DNA from: a virus
Taxonomy: Duplodnaviria > Caudoviricetes
Length of the DNA stretch: 29,069 nt
Strand: one strand, 5' to 3'
IMG/VR virus record: IMGVR_UViG_3300049925_000149
Coordinates: 1 to 29,069 of that record
A model generated the notes under the pieces. The model did no database searches. It was not told where the DNA came from and saw nothing but the letters and a program-made list of their open reading frames with translations. Position 1 is the first letter of the stretch. Every line of letters starts with the position of its first letter. The position numbers were made by a program, and so were the translations under genes. Positions 25,540-29,069 of this stretch are shown in pieces.

Positions 25540-27378
25540 ATGGCCGGTGATCAACAGATAAAAAATTCGCGTAATCGCTCATATCTTGCAAAAGACTTTG
25601 ACTCAACTAGAGCTGAATTACTAACATATGCCAAAACATATTTTGGCGACAAAATCCAAGATTTTTCTGAAGCAAGTCTTGGTGGTTTATTGCTAGATTT
25701 GGCCGCGTCTGTGTCAGACAATATGTCATTTTATCTTGACCATCAGTTTAAAGAATTATCGTGGTCGTCAGCAATTGAAAATTCAAATATTACTAGAATG
25801 CTTCGTGAAGCTGGTGTAAAAACTAATGGAGCCTCACCAGCTGTTGCCACTGTATCAATTTTTGTTGAAGTTCCATCAAAGCTTATTGATGGTGAGTATG
25901 TTCCTGACGAATCTACTTTACCAATAATACGCCAAAACTCTCAGCTTAATTCTAGAAGCAGTGTAGTATTTTCAACAACTGAGGACATTGATTTTTCTGA
26001 AAAGACAAGATTAGGAAATTTAAGAGCTCAATATGTTGTTGGAAATGTTGATGCATCTGGTAATCCATCAACATTTATCTTAAAAAGAGATGTGAAATGT
26101 GTATCAGGTAAAGTTTTTACAGAAAGCTTTACAATTACATCAAATCCTTCTCCATTTTTAACAATTTCACTTTCAAACATTGATATTAATGAAATTATGA
26201 AAGTTGAAGACAGTGAAGGATACGAGTATTATGAAGTCCAGTCGTTGTCACAAGATACTGTTTTCAAAACTTTTCCTAATATGTCATCAGATTCAGAAGA
26301 AGTTCCTAGATCTATTGCTGTAATTCCAGCTCCAAGAAGATTTATAAAGAGTGCAGATCCACTCACAAGAATAACAACAATTCAATTTGGATCTGGAAAT
26401 GCTTCTTCAACTGATGATGACATTCTTCCTGATCCTGAAATTTTAGCTCTTCCATTGTATGGAAAGACTGTAATGAATCGATTTACACTTGATCCAAATT
26501 CATTATTAAAAACTAATACATTGGGAATATTGCCAAAATCTACGATTATTAATATAACTTATCGAGCAGGGGGAGGTGCCAACCACAATGTCGCAGCTCT
26601 TTCTATTCGTGGAATTACTAGTATGGTCGTTGATTTTCCAGATGAATGTCTTGCGTCTATTGCATCATCAGTGAAAGCATCAATTGATGTGAGAAATGAT
26701 TCACCGGCCGCGGGTGGTGCAGCAGCTCCAACAATTGAAGAGTTAAGATCACAAATTCCAATTGCTAGAACACAGCAAGATAGAATTGTCACAAAAGAAG
26801 ATCTTATATCTCGAGTTTATACATTGCCCTCTAATTTTGGAAGAGTGTTTAGGGCAGCCTCACGACCAAGTCCTGATAATCCTCTTTCTAGTCAGCTTTT
26901 TCTTTGCTCAAGAGACAGTAATGGGTTTTTAACAACTACAACTGATACACTTAAGAAAAATCTTAAAGTTTATCTAAATGAGTATCGTCTTATAAGTGAT
27001 GCAATTGATATTCTAGACGCTAGAATAATAAATTTTCGTTTAAAATTTACTATATTCATTAACCCAAACTCAAATAAATCATCAACTCTACAAGCAGTTA
27101 TTACAAGAGTTTCTGATATTATGAGTATTAATAATTTTCAAATTGATCAACCAATCATCATATCTGACATTCAAAATGTGATTATTAACACACCGGGCGT
27201 TCTTACTTTGGTTGATATTAAAATTGAAAGTTTAACTGGAACAATCCAAGATAGAAGCTACTCAACAGTCACTCATAATATTAAGCAATACACTCGAAGA
27301 GGAATCATTTATGGACCTCCCGGTAGTATTTTCGAAATGAGATATCCACAATATGATATAGTTGGGACGGCACTCTAA
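25540..27378 (+). CDS. Baseplate wedge subunit, T4 gp6 / baseplate-J-like
   Basis: YLAKDFDS, QDFSEASLGGLLLDL, IQFGSG, ITYRAGGG, AAGGA, QDRIVTKED motifs. Confidence 0.88.
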   Translation: MAGDQQIKNSRNRSYLAKDFDSTRAELLTYAKTYFGDKIQDFSEASLGGLLLDLAASVSDNMSFYLDHQFKELSWSSAIENSNITRMLREAGVKTNGASPAVATVSIFVEVPSKLIDGEYVPDESTLPIIRQNSQLNSRSSVVFSTTEDIDFSEKTRLGNLRAQYVVGNVDASGNPSTFILKRDVKCVSGKVFTESFTITSNPSPFLTISLSNIDINEIMKVEDSEGYEYYEVQSLSQDTVFKTFPNMSSDSEEVPRSIAVIPAPRRFIKSADPLTRITTIQFGSGNASSTDDDILPDPEILALPLYGKTVMNRFTLDPNSLLKTNTLGILPKSTIINITYRAGGGANHNVAALSIRGITSMVVDFPDECLASIASSVKASIDVRNDSPAAGGAAAPTIEELRSQIPIARTQQDRIVTKEDLISRVYTLPSNFGRVFRAASRPSPDNPLSSQLFLCSRDSNGFLTTTTDTLKKNLKVYLNEYRLISDAIDILDARIINFRLKFTIFINPNSNKSSTLQAVITRVSDIMSINNFQIDQPIIISDIQNVIINTPGVLTLVDIKIESLTGTIQDRSYSTVTHNIKQYTRRGIIYGPPGSIFEMRYPQYDIVGTAL

Positions 27379-28862
27379 TGTATATTATTGCTACTGCATC
27401 AGCAGACACTTACATCACAAATAAGATAGTTGATGGATTAAGAGTAGAAGATTCAAATGTTGGTCGCGCAGGAACTCTTGATCTTTTTAAGCTTTATGAT
27501 GAAACTTTGTCTGGCTCAACTGGTGGTCATACAGAACTTTCAAGAATTCTATTAAAATTTGACACAACTACAGTTCAAAATCTGGCTAGTAGTTCATTTA
27601 ATGTAAATAGTAATGATTTTAAAGCAAAAGTAAGATTGCAGTCAATTCAAAGCAACTTACCTGTTCCTAGAAATTTTACTGTATCAATGTTTCCTCTTGC
27701 AAGAGAATTTACTGAAGGTGATGGCCGTGATGTTTCAGGATTTACTGATATTGACAGCGCAAACTATTTATCACCTAAATTAGGCGAAACTTGGTACATT
27801 TCAGGAGCTTATCAATCAGGTTCTCTTGGTGATTCTAATATTGATTATTATGAATCAGGTGATCTTGGATCGGGAATTGTTTCGCTTGAATCAAAACAAA
27901 ATTTTTATGATGGAACTGAAGATTTGTTGATTGATGTGACAAAAATAGTCTCAGCTACAATTTCTAATGTACTTCCAAACTATGGCTTTTTGATGGCATT
28001 CACTTCAAGTCAAGAACAAGATCAAACAACACGATTTGTTAAGAGATTTGCTTCTCGGCATGTTAGAAATGAAATTTTAAGGCCTCGTCTTGAGATTTAT
28101 GATAACACTTATACTGTAGATTCACATTCAATTGCCATGTTTGATGTTGCTGGTGCAATTTATCTTAAAAATATAACTGCAAATGGAATTGAAAATTTGT
28201 TGTCATCGTCTTTGGCAATTACAGGAAGTGATTGCTTGATTATGAGATTAACAACAGGTTCTTACATTAACGATATTCAAGCATCACAAATTTCAAATGG
28301 AATTTATAAAGCTGAATATTTCATATCAGCCCAAGACAGTTCCATCATCACAGGCACTATAACACTGTCTGATTGCATTGCGGCAACTGGCTCTATAACT
28401 TTTAATGAATCATGGATGTCTCTTGATAATACAGTCACATTCAGCTCGGGCTCATTAAAATTTTCAATGCCAACAAGAACTTCAACAGGTGATATTACAC
28501 GCAGATTAATTGTGAAGACAACTAATGCAAAATCAAAATATGCAAAAAATACAACTTATAGAATGAAATCATTTGCATATGATCCAGATTATGAAGTGTC
28601 AGTTTCAAAATTTTCTAAACCCATAAACAATGTTATCACAACTGTCTTCTATCAAATTAGAGATGATGAAGGACATATCATAATACCTTTTGAAAAAGAC
28701 AACAATGCAACTAGATTATCATCAGATGAAAATGGAATGTATTTTGATATGCATACCCACGGATTCCCAACAGGTAAACTATTGACAATTGATTATTTTG
28801 TCAATGACAGAGGTTCAGAATATGTGATAGAGGACAAAAACGCTAAATTTGTGGTGGAGTAA
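27378..28862 (+). CDS. Putative virion structural protein (beta-rich, DNRLRE/disaggregatase-like N-terminal domain)
   Basis: ADTYI, SRILLKFD, IDVT.IV, NYGFLM, FASR....RPRLEI motifs; coupled to the gp6-like gene. Confidence 0.55.
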   Translation: MYIIATASADTYITNKIVDGLRVEDSNVGRAGTLDLFKLYDETLSGSTGGHTELSRILLKFDTTTVQNLASSSFNVNSNDFKAKVRLQSIQSNLPVPRNFTVSMFPLAREFTEGDGRDVSGFTDIDSANYLSPKLGETWYISGAYQSGSLGDSNIDYYESGDLGSGIVSLESKQNFYDGTEDLLIDVTKIVSATISNVLPNYGFLMAFTSSQEQDQTTRFVKRFASRHVRNEILRPRLEIYDNTYTVDSHSIAMFDVAGAIYLKNITANGIENLLSSSLAITGSDCLIMRLTTGSYINDIQASQISNGIYKAEYFISAQDSSIITGTITLSDCIAATGSITFNESWMSLDNTVTFSSGSLKFSMPTRTSTGDITRRLIVKTTNAKSKYAKNTTYRMKSFAYDPDYEVSVSKFSKPINNVITTVFYQIRDDEGHIIIPFEKDNNATRLSSDENGMYFDMHTHGFPTGKLLTIDYFVNDRGSEYVIEDKNAKFVVE

Positions 28863-28866
28863 TTAA

Positions 28867-29069
28867 ATGGCTGGAACAATTTATAATGGTGGGTTTTCTT
28901 TAAATTCATTTATCGAAAATTTACAAAACAGCAGCCCTGTCAGAAATGTCACTGCAGGTGATATCAACAATATTGGAACCACCACAGGATCATTTAGAAT
29001 TGATCAACCAGGAACAGGATTTAAATCAACTCAACAGCTTCCAATTGATTGGTCAAAATTTGAGAATCA
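28867..29069 (+). CDS. 5' part of the next, probably structural, gene (MAGTIYNGG...STQQLPIDWSKFEN)
   Basis: SD GGAG then ATG 28867, frame open to the window end; absent from the ORF track because it has no stop. Confidence 0.75.
   Translation, partial: MAGTIYNGGFSLNSFIENLQNSSPVRNVTAGDINNIGTTTGSFRIDQPGTGFKSTQQLPIDWSKFEN

Noticed and set aside
1-29069. tRNA, rRNA, introns or inteins
   Set aside because: Intergenic gaps are all under about 60 nt and no intein or homing endonuclease motifs were seen

Overview
AT-rich, tightly packed 29 kb segment, most likely from a large contractile-tailed (T4-superfamily-like, probably jumbo) bacteriophage. From left to right: two Ser/Thr/Gly-rich tail-fibre-like genes; a glycosylation block (GT4, GT2, GT10, GT25, GT11, an unknown gene, a TagD-like cytidylyltransferase, fcl, gmd); a 7.8 kb minus-strand tandem array of five paralogues; a second sugar block behind a strong sigma70-type promoter (ugd-like dehydrogenase, epimerase, Cas4/AddB-like nuclease, two GT4s); a region-2-only, gp55-like sigma factor; and baseplate genes (gp5-like, gp25-like, gp6-like and others). 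The most striking feature is the array at 9360-17152. Each gene joins a conserved ~228-aa PARP/ADP-ribosyltransferase-like N-terminal part (YHGS...YGHGLY) to a different set of 26-aa HEAT/LRV-type repeats (about 5, 7, 5, 10 and 16 units) that vary mainly in one helix. Each has the same upstream motif (ATATTTATCA-NN-ATG, no Shine-Dalgarno) and an N-terminal amphipathic leader ending in L-x-E; four of five have a related C-terminal tag. Exact DNA patches are shared between changing pairs of copies. My hypothesis is a diversifying family of virion-packaged, injected 'constant enzyme + variable binder' effectors. All family calls come from motif recognition by eye; no database searches were run.
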